DNA of 64,000 bases, taken from Eledone cirrhosa (lineage: Eukaryota). Both the position numbers and the translations under genes were made by a program. Under the pieces are notes generated by a model. That model made no database searches, was not told the origin of the DNA, and worked only from the letters and a program-made list of their open reading frames with translations. The DNA lies in the NCBI GenBank assembly GCA_964016885.1, contig OZ024745.1, positions 620,001 through 684,000 of the forward strand, given 5' to 3'. Positions 30,201 to 46,600 of this stretch are shown piece after piece (the first letter of the stretch is position 1; each line of letters opens with the position of its first letter).

Positions 30201-33200
30201 TCATAATATCATGTATATCTAGTTTAGAATAGGTACACTGTATCTCTGTATGTTGTAATACCATGTATATCTAGTTTAGAATATGTACACTGTATCCCTG
30301 TATGTTGTGATACCATGTATATCTAGTTTAGAATAGGTACACTGCATCCCTGTATGTTGTAAGACCATGTATATCTAGTTTAGAATAGGTACACTGCATC
30401 CCTGTATGTTGTAAGACCATGTATATCTAGTTTAGAATAGGTACACTGTATCCCTGTATGTTGAAATACCATGTATATCTAGTTTAGAATAGGTACACTG
30501 TATCTCTGTATTATGTAATACCATGTATATCAAGTTTAGAATAGGTACACTGTATCCCTGTATGTCATAATATCATGTATATTTAGTTTAGAATAGGTAC
30601 AATGTATCTCTGTAGGTTGTAATACCATGTATATCTAGTTTAGAATATGTACACTGTATCCCTGTATGTTGTGATACCATGTATATCTAGTTTAGAATAG
30701 GTACACTGTATCCCTGTATGTTGTAATACCATGTATATCTAGTTTAGAATAGGTACACTGTATCCCTGTATGTTGTGATACCATGTATATCTAGTTTAGA
30801 ATAGGTACACTGTATCGCTGTATGTCATAATACCATATATATCTAGTTTAGAATAGGAACACTGCATCCCTGTATGTTGTAAGACCATGTATATCTAGTT
30901 TAGAATATGTACACTGTATCCCTGTATGTTGTGATACCATGTATATCTAGTTTAGAATAGGTACACTGTATCCCTGTATGTTGTAATACCATGTATATCT
31001 AGTTTAGAATAGGTACACTGTATCCCTGTATGTTGTGATACCATGTATATCTAGTTTAGAATAGGTACACTGTATCCCTATATGTCATAATACCATATAT
31101 ATCTAGTTTAGAATAGGTACACTGCATCCCTGTATGTTGTAAGACCATGTATATCTAGTTTAGAATAGGTACACTGTATCTCTGTATATTGTAATACCAT
31201 GTATATCTATTTTACAATAGGTACACTGTATCCCTGTATGTCATAATACCATGTATATCTAGTTTAGAATATGTACACTGTATTCCTGTATGTCATAATA
31301 CCATGTATATCAAGTTTAGAATAGGTACACTGCATCCCTGTATGTTGTAAGACCATGTATATCTAGTTCAGAATAGGTACACTGTATCCCTGTATGTTGA
31401 AATACCATGTATATCAAGTTTAGAATAGGTACACTGTATCCCTGTATGTCATAATATCATGTATATCTAGTTTAGAATAGGTACACTGTATCTCTGTATG
31501 TTGTAATACCATGTATATCTAGTTTAGAATATGTACACTGTATCCCTGTATGTTGTGATACCAAGTATATCTAGTTTAGAATAGGTACACTGTATCCCTG
31601 TATGTTGTAATACCATGTATATCTAGTTTAGAATAGGTACACTGTATCCCTGTATGTTGTGATACCATGTATATCTAGTTTAGAATAGGTACACTGTATC
31701 CCTGTATGTCATAAGACCATATATATCTAGATTACAATAGGTACACTGTATCCCTGTATGTCATAATACCATGTACATCTAGTTTAGAATAGGTACACTG
31801 TATCCCTGTATGTTGTAAGACCATATATATCTAGTTTAGAATAGGTACACTGTATCCCTGTATGTTGTAATACCATATACATCTAGTTTACAATAGGTAC
31901 ACTGTATCCCTGTATGTTGTAATACCATGTATATCTAGTTTAGAATAGGTACACTGTATCCCTGTATGTCATAATACTATGTATATCTAGTTTAGAATAG
32001 GTACATTGTATCCCTGTATGTTGTAATACAATATATATCTAGTTTACAATAGGTACACTGTATCCGTGTATGTCATAATACCATATATATATCTAGTTTA
32101 GAATAGGTACACTGTATTCCTGTATGTTGTAATACCATGTATATCAAGTTTACAATAGGTACACTGTATCCCTGTATGTTGTAATACCATATATATCTAG
32201 TTTAGAATAGGTATACTGTATCCCTGTATGTTGTAATACCATGTATATCCAGTTTAAAATAGGTACACTGTATCCCTGTATGTTGTAATACCATGTATAT
32301 CTAGTTTAGAATAGGTACACTGTACATCTGTATGTTGTAAGACCATGTATATCTAGTTTAGAATAGGTACACTGTATCCCTGTATGTTGTAATACCATAT
32401 ATATCTAGTTTACAATAGGTACACTGTATCCCTGTATATTGTAATACCATGTATATCTAGTTTAGAATAGGTACACTGTATCCCTGTATGTCATAATACT
32501 ATGTATATCTAGTTTAGAATAGGTACATTGTATCCCTGTATGTTGTAATACAATATATATCTAGTTTACAATAGGTACACTGTATCCCTGTATGTCATAA
32601 TACCATGTATATCTAGTTTAGAATATGTACACTGTATTCCTGTATGTCATAATACCATGTATATCAAGTTTACAATAGGTACACTGTATCCCTGTATGTT
32701 GTAATACCATGTATATCTAGTTTAAAATAGGTACACTGTATCCCTGTATGTCATAATACCATATATATCTAGTTTAGAATAGGTACACTGTATCCCTGTA
32801 TGTAATAATACAATGTATATCTAGTTTAAAATAGGTACACTGTATCCCTATATGTCATAATACCATATATATCTAGTTTAGAATAGGTACACTGCATCCC
32901 TGTATGTTGTAAGACCATGTATATCTAGTTTAGAATAGGTACACTGTATCCCTGTATGTTGAAATACCATGTATATCTAGTTTAGAATAGGTACACTGTA
33001 TCTCTGTATTATGTAATACCATGTATATCAAGTTTAGAATAGGTACACTGTATCCCTGTATGTCATAATATCATGTATATCTAGTTTAGAATAGGTACAC
33101 TGTATCTCTGTAGGTTGTAATACCATGTATATCTAGTTTAGAATATGTACACTGTATCCCTGTATGTTGTGATACCATGTATATCTAGTTTAGAATAGGT

Positions 33201-36200
33201 ACACTGTATCCCTGTATGTTGTAATACCATGTATATCTAGTTTAGAATAGGTACACTGTATCCCTGTATGTTGTGATACCATGTATATCTAGTTTAGAAT
33301 AGGTACACTGTATCGCTGTATGTCATAAGACCATATATATCTAGATTACAATAGGTACACTGTATCCCTGTATGTCATAATACCATGTACATCTAGTTTA
33401 GAATAGGTACACTGTATCCCTGTATGTTGTAAGACCATATATATCTAGTTTAGAATAGGTACACTGTATCCCTGTATGTTGTAATACCATATACATCTAG
33501 TTTACAATAGGTACACTGTATCCCTGTATGTTGTAATACCATGTATATCTAGTTTAGAATAGGTACACTGTATCCCTGTATGTCATAATACTATGTATAT
33601 CTAGTTTAGAATAGGTACATTGTATCCCTGTATGTTGTAATACAATATATATCTAGTTTACAATAGGTACACTGTATCCCTGTATGTCATAATACCATGT
33701 ATATCTAGTTTAGAATAGGTACACTGTATTCCTGTATGTTGTAATACCATGTATATCAAGTTTATAATAGGTACACTGTATCCCTGTATGTTGTAATACC
33801 ATATATATCTAGTTTAGAATAGGTATACTGTAACCCTGTATGTTGTAATACCATGTATATCCAGTTTAAAATAGGTACACTGTATCCCTGTATTTTGTAA
33901 TACCATGTATATCTAGTTTAGAATAGGTACACTGTATCTCTGTATGTTGTAAGACCATGTATATCTAGTTTAGAATAGGTACACTGTATCCCTGTATGTT
34001 GTAATACCATATATATCTAGTTTACAATAGGTACACTGTATCCCTGTATATTGTAATACCATGTATATCTATTTTACAATAGGTACACTGTATCCCTGTA
34101 TGTCATAATACCATGTATATCTAGTTTAGAATATGTACACTGTATTCCTGTATGTCATAATACCATGTATATCAAGTTTACAATAGGTATACTGTATCCC
34201 TGTATGTTGTAATACCATATATATCTAGTTTAGAATAGGTACACTGTATCCCTGTATGTTGTAATACCATGTATATCTAGTTTAAAATAGGTACATTGTA
34301 TCCCTGTATGTTGTAATACCATGTATATCTAGTTTAGAATAGGTACACTGTATCCCTATATGTCATAATACCATGTATATCTAGTTTAGAATAGGTACAC
34401 TGTATCCCTGTATGTTGTTAGACCATATATATCTAGTTTAGAATAGGTACACTGTATCCCTGTATGTCATAAGACCATGTATATCTAGTTTAAAATAGGT
34501 ACACTATATCCCTGTATGCTGTAATACCATGTATATCTAGTTTAGAATAGGTATACTGTATCCCTGTATGTTGTAATACCATAAATATCTAGTTTAGAAT
34601 AGGTACACTGTATCCCTATATGTCATAATACCATATATATCTAGTTTAGAATAGGTTCACTGTATACCTGTATGTCATAATACAATGTATATCTAGTTTA
34701 AAATAGGTACACTGTATCCCTATATGTCATAATACCATATATATCTAGTTTAGAATAGGTACACTGTATCCCTGTATGTTGTAAGACCATCTATATCTAG
34801 TCTAGAATAGGTACGCTGTATCCCTGTATATTGTAAGACGATGTATATCTAGTTTAGAATAGGTACACTGTAGCCATGTATGTTGTAATACCATATATAT
34901 CTAGTTCAGAATAGGTACACTGTATCCCTGTATGTTGTAATACCATATATATCTAGTTTAGAATAGGTACACTGCATCCCTGTATGTTGTAAGACCATGT
35001 ATATCTAGTTTAGAATAGGTACACTGTATCCCTGTATGTTGAAATACCATGTATATCTAGTTTAGAATAGGTACACTGTATCTCTGTATTATGTAATACC
35101 ATGTATATCAAGTTTAGAATAGGTACACTGTATCCCTGTATGTCATAATATCATGTATATCTAGTTTAGAATAGGTACACTGTATCTATGTATGTTGTAA
35201 TACCATGTATATCTAGTTTAGAATATGTACACTGTATCCCTGTATGTTGTGATACCATGTATATCTAGTTTAGAATAGGTACACTGTATCCCTGTATGTT
35301 GTAAGACGATATATATCTAGTTTAGAATAGGTATACTGTATCCCTGTATGTTGTAATACCATAAATATCTAGTTTAGAATAGGTACACTGTATCCCTATA
35401 TGTTGTGATACCATGTATATCTAGTTTAGAATAGGTACACTGTATACCTGTATGACATAATACAATGTATATTTAGTTTAAAATAGGTACACTGTATCCC
35501 TATATGTCATAATACCATATATATCTAGTTTAGAATAGGTACACTGTATCCCTGTATGTTGTAAGACCATCTATATCTAGTTTAGAATAGGTACACTGTA
35601 TCCCTGTATGTTGTAAGACCATGTATATCTAGTTTAGAATAGGTACACTGTATCCATGTATGTTGTAATACCATATATATCTAGTTCAGAATAGGTACAC
35701 TGTATCCCTGTATGTTGTAATACCATATATATCTAGTTTAGAATAGGTACAATGTATCCCTGTATGTTGTAAGACCATATATATCTAGTTTACAATAGGT
35801 ACACTGTATCCCTGTATGTCATAATACCATGTATATCTAGTTTAGAATATGTACACTGTATTCCTGTATGTCATAATACCATGTATATCAAGTTTACAAT
35901 AGGTATACTGTATCCCTGTATGTTGTAATACCATAAATATCTAGTTTAGAATAGGTACACTGTATCCCTATATGTCATAATACCATATATATCTAGTTTA
36001 GAATAGGTACACTGTATCCCTGTATGTTGTAAGAGCATCTATATCTAGTTTAGAATAGGTACACTGTATCCATGTATGTTGTAATACAATATATATCTAG
36101 TTTACAATAGGTACACTGTATCCCTGTATGTCATAATACCATGTATATCTAGTTTAGAATATGTACACTGTATTCCTGTATGTCATAATACCATGTATAT

Positions 36201-38739
36201 CAAGTTTACAATAGGTACACTGTATCCCTGTATGTTGTAATACCATATATATCTAGTTTAGAATAGGTACACTGTATCCCTGTATGTTGTAATACCATGC
36301 ATATCTAGTTTAAAATAGGTACATTGTATCCCTGTATGTTGTAATACCATGTATATCTAGTTTAGAATAGGTACACTGTATCCCTGTACGTCATAATACC
36401 ATGTATATCTAGTTTAGAATAGGTACACTGTATCCCTGTATGTTGTAATACCATGTATATCTAGTTTAAAATAGGTACACTGTATCCCTGTATGTCATAA
36501 TACCATATATATCTAGTTTAGAATAGGTACACTGTATCCCTGTATGTAATAATACAATGTATATCTAGTTTAAAATAGGTACACTGTATCCCTATATGTC
36601 ATAATACCATATATATCTAGTTTAGAATAGGTACACTGCATCCCTGTATGTTGTAAGACCATGTATATCTAGTTTAGAATAGGTACACTGTATCCCTGTA
36701 TGTTGAAATACCATGTATATCTAGTTTAGAATAGGTACACTGTATCTCTGTATTATGTAATACCATATATATCTAGATTACAATAGGTACACTGTATCCC
36801 TGTATGTCATAATACCATGTACATCTAGTTTAGAATAGGTACACTGTATCCCTGTATGTTGTAAGACCATATATATCTAGTTTAGAATAGGTACACTGTA
36901 TCCCTGTATGTTGTAATACCATATACATCTAGTTTACAATAGGTACACTGTATCCCTGTATGTTGTAATACCATGTATATCTAGTTTAGAATAGGTACAC
37001 TGTATCCCTGTATGTCATAATACTATGTATATCTAGTTTAGAATAGGTACATTGTATCCCTGTATGTTGTAATACAATATATATCTAGTTTACAATAGGT
37101 ACACTGTATCCCTCTATGTCATAATACCATGTATATCTAGTTTAGAATATGTACACTGTATTCCTGTATGTCATAATACCATGTATATCAAGTTTACAAT
37201 AGGTACACTGTATCCCTGTATGTTGTAATACCATGTATATCCAGTTTAAAATAGGTACACTGTATCCCTGTATGTTGTAATACCATGTATATCTAGTTTA
37301 GAATAGGTACACTGCATCCCTGTATGTTGTAAGACCATGTATATCTAGTTTAGAATAGGTACACTGTATCCCTGTATGTTGTAATACCATGTATATCCAG
37401 TTTAAAATAGGTACACTGTATCCCTGTATGTTGTAATACCATGTATATCTAGTTTAGAATAGGTACACTGTATCTCTGTATGTTGTAAGACCATGTATAT
37501 CTAGTTTAGAATAGGTACACTGTATCCCTGTATGTTGTAATACCATATATATCTAGTTTACAATAGGTACACTGTATCCCTGTATATTGTAATACCATGT
37601 ATATCTAGTTTACAATAGGTACACTGTATCCCTGTATGTCATAATACCATGTATATCTAGTTTAGAATAGGTACACTGTATCCCTGTATGTCATAATACT
37701 ATGTATATCTAGTTTAGAATAGGTACATTGTATCCCTGTATGTTGTAATACAATATATATCTAGTTTACAATAGGTACACTGTATCCCTCTATGTCATAA
37801 TACCATGTATATCTAGTTTAGAATATGTACACTGTATTCCTGTATGTCATAATACCATGTATATCAAGTTTACAATAGGTACACTGTATCCCTGTATGTT
37901 GTAATACCATATATATCTAGTTTAGAATAGGTACACTGTATCCCGGTATGTTTTAATACCATGTATATCTAGTTTAAAATAGGTACATTGTATCCCTGTA
38001 TGTTGTAATACCATGTATATCTAGTTTAGAATAGGTACACTGTATCCCTGTATGTCATAATACCATGTATATCTAGTTTAGAATAGGTACACTGTATCCC
38101 TGTATGTCATAATACCATGTATATCTAGTTTAGAATAGGTACACTGTATCCCTGTATGTTGTTAGACCATATATATCTAGTTTAGAATAGGTACACTGTA
38201 TCCCTGTATGTCATAAGACCATGTATATCTAGTTTAAAATAGGAACACTGTATCCCTGTATGTTGTAATACCATGTATATCTAGTTTAGAATAGGTATAC
38301 TGTATCCCTGTATGTTGTAATACCATAAATATCTAGTTTAGAATAGGTACACTGTATCCCTATATGTCATAATACCATATATATCTAGTTTAGAATAGGT
38401 TCACTGTATCCCTGTATGTCATAATACAATGTATATCTATTTTAAAATAGGTACACTGTATCCCTATATGTCATAATACCATATATATCTAGTTTAAAAT
38501 AGGTACATTGTATCCCTGTATGTTGTAATACCATGTATATCTAGTTTAGAATAGGTACACTGTATCCCTGTATGTCATAATACCATGTATATCTAGTTTA
38601 GAATAGGTATACTGTATCCCTGTATGTTGTAAGACCATCTATATCTAGTTTAGAATAGGTACACTGTATCCCTGTATGTTGTAAGACCATGTATATCTAG
38701 TTTAGAATAGGTACACTGTAGCCATGTATGTTGTAATAC

Positions 38740-41700
38740 CATATATATCTAGTTCAGAATAGGTACACTGTATCCCTGTATGTTGTAATACCATATATAT
38801 CTAGTTTAGAATAGGTACACTGCATCCCTGTATGTTGTAAGACCATGTATATCTAGTTTAGCATAGGTACACTGTATCCCTGTATGTTGAAATACCATGT
38901 ATATCTACTTTAGAATAGGTACACTGTATCTCTGTATTATGTAATACCATGTATATCAAGTTTAGAATAGGTACACTGTATCCCTGTATGTCATAATAAC
39001 ATGTATATCTAGTTTAGAATAGGTACACTGTATCTCTGTATGTTGTAATACCATGTATATCTAGTTTAGAATATGTACACTGTATCCCTGTATGTTGTGA
39101 TACCATGTATATCTAGTTTAGAATAGGTACACTGTATCCCTGTATGTTGTAAGACCATATATATCTAGTTTAGAATAGGTATACTGTATCCCTGTATGTT
39201 GTAATACCATAAATATCTAGTTTAGAATAGGTACACTGTATCCCTATATGTTGTGATACCATGTATATCTAGTTTAGAATAGGTACACTGTATCCCTGTA
39301 TGACATAATACAATGTATATCTAGTTTAAAATAGGTACACTGTATCCCTATATGTCATAATATCATATATATCTAGTTTAGAATAGGTACACTGTATCCC
39401 TGTATGTTGTAAGACCATCTATATCTAGTTTAGAATAGGTACACTGTATCCCTGTATGTTGTAAGACCATGTATGTCTAGTTTAGAATAGGTACACTGTA
39501 TCCATGTATGTTGTAATACCATATATATCTAGTTCAGAATAGGTACACTGTATCCCTGTATGTTGTAATACCATATATATCTAGTTTAGAATAGGTACAC
39601 TGCATCCCTGTATGTTGTAAGACCATGTATATCTAGTTTAGAATAGGTACACTGTATCCCTGTATGTTGAAATACCATGTATATCTAGTTTAGAATAGGT
39701 ACACTGTATCTCTGTATTATGTAATACCATGTATATCAAGTTTAGAATAGGTACACTGTATCCCTGTATGTCATAATATCATGTATATCTAGTTTAGAAT
39801 AGGTACACTGTATCTCTGTATGTTGTAATACCATGTATATCTAGTTTAGAATATGTACACTGTATCCCTGTATGTTGTGATACCATGTATATCTAGTTTA
39901 GAATAGGTACACTGTATCCCTGTATGTTGTAATACCATGTATATCTAGTTTAGAATAGGTACACTGTATCCCTGTATGTTGTAATACCATGTAGATCTAG
40001 TTTGGAATAAGTACACTGTATCTCTGTATGTTGTAATACCATGTATATCTAGTTTAGAATAGGTACACTGTATCCCTGTATGTTGTAATACCATATATAT
40101 CTAGTTTAGAATAGGTACAATGTATCCCTGTATGTTGTAATACCATATATATCTAGTTTAGAATAGGTATACTGTATCCATGTATGTTGTAATACCATAA
40201 ATATCTAGTTTAGAATAGGTACACTGTATCCCTATATGTCATAATACCATATATATCTAGTTTAGAATAGGTACACTGTATCCCTGTATGTTGTAAGAGC
40301 ATCTATATCTAGTTTAGAATAGGTACACTGTATCCATGTATGTTGTAATACCATATATATCTAGTTCAGAATAGGTACACTGTATCCCTGTATGTTGTAA
40401 TACCATATATATCTAGTTTAGAATAGGTACACTGCATCCCTGTATGTTGAAATACCATGTATATCTAGTTTAGAATAGGTACACTGTATCTCTGTATTAT
40501 GTAATACCATATATATCTAGTTTAGAATAGGTACACTGTATCCCTGTATGTTGTAATACCATGTATATCTAGTTTGAAATAGGTACACTGTATTCCTGTA
40601 TGTCATAATACCATGTATATCTAGTGTACAATAGGTACACTGTATCCCTGTATGTTGTAATACCATGTATATCTAGTTTAGAATAGGTACACTGTATCGC
40701 TGTATGTCATAAGACCATATATATCTAGATTACAATAGGTACACTGTATCCCTGTATGTCATAATACCATGTACATCTAGTTTAGAATAGGTACACTGTA
40801 TCCCTGTATGTTGTAAGACCATATATATCTAGTTTAGAATAGGTACACTGTATCCCTGTATGTTGTAATACCATGTATATCTAGTTTAGAATAGGTACAC
40901 TGTATCACTGTATGTCATAATACTATGTATATCTAGTTTAGAATAGGTACATTGTATCCCTGTATGTTGTAATACAATATATATCTAGTTTACAATAGGT
41001 TCACTGTATCCCTGTATGTCATAATACCATGTATATCTAGTTTAGAATAGGTACACTGTATTCCTGTATGTTGTAATACCATGTATATCAAGTTTACAAT
41101 AGGTACACTGTATCCCTGTATGTTGTAATACCATATATATCTAGTTCAGAATAGGTACACTGTATCCCTGTATGTTGTAATACCATATATATCTAGTTTA
41201 GAATAGGTACACTGCATCCCTGTATGTTGTAAGACCATGTATATCTAGTTTAGAATAGGTACACTGTATCCCTGTATGTTGAAATACCATGTATATCTAC
41301 TTTAGAATAGGTACACTGTATCTCTGTATTATGTAATACCATGTATATCAAGTTTAGAATAGGTACACTGTATCCCTGTATGTCATAATAACATGTATAT
41401 CTAGTTTAGAATAGGTACACTGTATCTCTGTATGTTGTAATACCATGTATATCTAGTTTAGAATATGTACACTGTATCCCTGTATGTTGTGATACCATGT
41501 ATATCTAGTTTAGAATAGGTACACTGTATCCCTGTATGTTGTAAGACCATATATATCTAGTTTAGAATAGGTATACTGTATCCCTGTATGTTGTAATACC
41601 ATAAATATCTAGTTTAGAATAGGTACACTGTATCCCTATATGTTGTGATACCATGTATATCTAGTTTAGAATAGGTACACTGTATCCCTGTATGACATAA

Positions 41701-43220
41701 TACAATGTATATCTAGTTTAAAATAGGTACACTGTATCCCTATATGTCATAATATCATATATATCTAGTTTAGAATAGGTACACTGTATCCCTGTATGTT
41801 GTAAGACCATCTATATCTAGTTTAGAATAGGTACACTGTATCCCTGTATGTTGTAAGACCATGTATGTCTAGTTTAGAATAGGTACACTGTATCCATGTA
41901 TGTTGTAATACCATATATATCTAGTTCAGAATAGGTACACTGTATCCCTGTATGTTGTAATACCATATATATCTAGTTTAGAATAGGTACACTGCATCCC
42001 TGTATGTTGTAAGACCATGTATATCTAGTTTAGAATAGGTACACTGTATCCCTGTATGTTGAAATACCATGTATATCTAGTTTAGAATAGGTACACTGTA
42101 TCTCTGTATTATGTAATACCATGTATATCAAGTTTAGAATAGGTACACTGTATCCCTGTATGTCATAATATCATGTATATCTAGTTTAGAATAGGTACAC
42201 TGTATCTCTGTATGTTGTAATACCATGTATATCTAGTTTAGAATATGTACACTGTATCCCTGTATGTTGTGATACCATGTATATCTAGTTTAGAATAGGT
42301 ACACTGTATCCCTGTATGTTGTAATACCATGTATTTCTAGTTTAGAATAGGTACACTGTATCCCTGTATGTTGTAATACCATGTAGATCTAGTTTGGAAT
42401 AAGTACACTGTATCTCTGTATGTTGTAATACCATGTATATCTAGTTTAGAATAGGTACACTGTATCCCTGTATGTTGTAATACCATATATATCTAGTTTA
42501 GAATAGGTACAATGTATCCCTGTATGTTGTAATACCATATATATCTAGTTTAGAATAGGTATACTGTATCCCTGTATGTTGTAATACCATAAATATCTAG
42601 TTTAGAATAGGTACACTGTATCCCTATATGTCATAATACCATATATATCTAGTTTAGAATAGGTACACTGTATCCCTGTATGTTGTAAGAGCATCTATAT
42701 CTAGTTTAGAATAGGTACACTGTATCCATGTATGTTGTAATACCATATATATCTAGTTCAGAATAGGTACACTGTATCCCTGTATGTTGTAATACCATAT
42801 ATATCTAGTTTAGAATAGGTACACTGCATCCCTGTATGTTGAAATACCATGTATATCTAGTTTAGAATAGGTACACTGTATCTCTGTATGTTGTAAGACC
42901 ATATATATCTAGTTTAGAATAGGTACACTGTATCCCTGTATGTTGTAATACCATGTATATCTAGTTTAGAATAGGTACACTGTATCACTGTATGTCATAA
43001 TACTATGTATATCTAGTTTAGAATAGGTACATTGTATCCCTGTATGTTGTAATACAATATATATCTAGTTTACAATAGGTTCACTGTATCCCTGTATGTC
43101 ATAATACCATGTATATCTAGTTTAGAATAGGTACACTGTATTCCTGTATGTTGTAATACCATGTATATCAAGTTTACAATAGGTACACTGTATCCCTGTA
43201 TGTTGTAATACCATATATAT
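38740..43220 (+). repeat. Tandem duplication with 46-monomer period (2,392 bp); second copy lacks 6 monomers
   Basis: ATATCTAC 38901/41293, GTATGTCT 39471/41863, GTAGATCTAGTTTGGAATAAG 39991/42383. The offset drops to 2,080 (40x52) at TGTATCACTG 40901/42981. Confidence 0.9.
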
Positions 43221-43633
43221 CTAGTTTAGAATAGGTATACTGTATCCCTGTATGTTGTAATACCATGTATATCTAGTTTAAAATAGGTACACTGTATCCC
43301 TGTATGTTGTAATACCATGTATATCTAGTTTAGAATAGGTACACTGTATCTCTGTATGTTGTAAGACCATGTATATCTAGTTTAGAATAGGTACATTGTA
43401 TCCCTGTATGTTGTAATACCATATATATCTAGTTTACAATAGGTACACTGTATCCCTGTATATTGTAATACCATGTATATCTAGTTTAGAATAGGTACAC
43501 TGTATCCCTGTATGTCATAATACTATGTATATCTAGTTCAGAACAGGTACATTGTATCCCTGTATGTTGTAATACAATATATATCTAGTTTACAATAGGT
43601 ACACTGTATCCCTGTATGTCATAATACCATGTA

Positions 43634-46600
43634 TATCTAGTTTAGAATAGGTACACTGTATTCCAGTATGTCATAATACCATGTATATCAAGTTTACAAT
43701 AGGAACACTGTATCCCTGTATGTTGTAATACCATATATATCTAGTTTAGAATAGGTACTCTATATCCCTGTATGTTGTAATACCATGTATATCTAGTTTA
43801 AAATAGGTACATTGTATCCCTGTATGTTGTAATACCATGTATATCTAGTTTAGAATAGGTACACTGTATCCCTGTATGTCATAATACCATGTATATCTAG
43901 TTTAGAATAGGTACATTGTATCCCTGTATGTTGTAATACCATATATATCTAGTTTACAATAGGTACACTGTATCCCTGTATGTCATAATACCATGTATAT
44001 CTAGTCTAGAATAGGTACACTGTATTCCTGTATGTCATAATACCATGTATATCAAGTTTACAATAGGTACACTGTATCCCTGTATGTTGTAATACCATGT
44101 ATATCTAGTTTAGAATAGGTACACTGTATCCCTGTATGTCATAATACCATATATATCTAGTTTAGAATAGGTACACTGTATCCCTGTATGTTGTAATACC
44201 ATGTATATCTAGTTTAGAATAGGTACACTGTATCCCTGTATGTTGTGATACCATGTATATCTAGTTTAGAATAGGTACACTGTATCCCTGTATGTTGTAA
44301 TACCATCTAGATCTAGTTTGGAATAAGTACACTGTATCTCTGTATGTTGTAATACCATATATATCTAGTTTAGAATAGGTACACTGTATCCCTGTATGTT
44401 GTAATACCATATATATTTAGTTTAGAATAGGTACACTGTATCCCTGTATGTTGTAAGACCATGTATATCTAGTTTAGAATAGGTACACTGTATCCCTGTA
44501 TGTTGTAATACCATATATATCTAGTTTAGAATAGGTACAATGTATCCCTATATGTTGTAAGACCATATATATCTAGTTTAGAATAGATATACTGTATCCC
44601 TGTATGTTGTAATACCATAAATATCTAGTTTAGAATAGGTACACTGTATCCCTGTATGTCATAATACCATGTATATCTAGTTTAGAATAGATACACTGTA
44701 TCCCTGTATGTCATAATACCATGTGTATCTAGTTTAGAATAGGTACACTGTATACCTGTATGTTGTAAGACAATATATATCTAGTTTAGAATAGGTACAC
44801 TCTATCCCTGTATGTCATAAGACCATGTATATCTAGTTTAAAATAGGTACACTGTATCCCTGTATGTTGTAATACCATGTATATCTAGTTTAGACTAGGT
44901 ACACTGTATCTCTGTATGTTGTAAGACCATGTATATCTAGTTTAAAATAGGTACACTGTATCCCTGTATGTTGTAATACCATGTATATCTAGTTTAAAAT
45001 AGGTACGCTGTATCCCTGTATGTTGTAATACCATGTATATCAAGTTTAGAATAGGTACACTGTATCCCTGTATGTCATAATACCATGTATATCTAGTTTA
45101 GAATAGGTACACTGTATCCCTGTATGTTGTAATACCATGTATATCTAGTTTAGAATAGGTACACTGTATCCCTGTATGTTGTGATACCATGTATATCTAG
45201 ATTAGAATAGGTACACTGTATACCTGTATGTTGTGATACCATGTATATCTAGTTTAGAATAGGTACACTGTATCCCTGTATGTTGTAATACCATGTATAT
45301 CTAGTTTAGAATAGGTACACTGTATCCCTGTATGTTGGGATACCATGTATATCTAGTTTAGAATAGGTACACTTTATCCCTGTATGTTGTAATACCATGT
45401 ATATCTAGTTTAGAATAGGTACACTGTATCCCTGTATGTCATAATTCCATGTATATCTAGTTTAGAATAGGTACACTATATCCCTGGATGTCATAATACC
45501 ATGTATATCTAGTTTACACTAGGTACATTCTACCCCTGTATGTTGTAATACCATATATATCTAGTTTACAATAGGTACACTGTATCCCTGTATGTTGTAA
45601 TACCATGTATATCTAGTTTAGAATAGGTACACTGTATCCCTGTATGTTGTAATACCATATATATCTAGTTTAGAATAGGTACACTGTATCGCTGTATGTT
45701 GTAAGAGCATATATATCTAATTTAGAATAGGTACACTGTATCCCTGTATGTTGTAATACCATGTATATCTAGTTTAAAATAGGTAGACTGTATTCCTGTA
45801 TGTCATAATACCATGTATATCTAGTGTAGAATAGGTACACTGTATCCCTGTATGTCATAATACCATGTACATCTAGTTTAGAATAGGTACACTGTATCCC
45901 TGTATGTTGTAAGACCATATATATCTAGTGTAGAATAGGTACACTGTATCCCTGTATGTCATAATACCATGTACATCTAGTTTAGAATAGGTACACTGTA
46001 CCCCTGTATGTTGTAAGACCATGTATATCTAGTTTACAATAGGTACACTGCATCCCTGTATGTTGTAATACCATATATATCTAGTTTACAATAGGTACAC
46101 TGTATCCCTGTATGTTGTAATACCATGTATATCTAGTTTAGAATAGGTACACTGTATCCCTGTATGTCATAATACTATGTATATCTAGTTTAGAATAGGT
46201 ACATTGTATCCCTGTATGTTGTAATACCATATATATCTAGTTTACAATAGGTACACTGTATCCCTGTATGTCATAATACCATGTATATCTAGTTTAGAAT
46301 AGGTACACTGTATTCCTGTATGTTGTAATACCATGTATATGAAGTTTACAATAGGTACACTGTATCCCTGTATGTTGTAATACCATATATATCTAGTTTA
46401 GAATAGGTATACTGTATCCCTGTATGTTGTAATACCATGTATATCTAGTTTAAAATAGGTACACTGTATCCCTGTATGTTGTAATACCATGTATATCTAG
46501 TTTAGAATAGGTACACTGTATCTCTGTATGTTGTAAGACCATGTATATCTAGTTTAGAATAGGTACACTGTATCCCTGTATGTTGTAATACCATATATAT

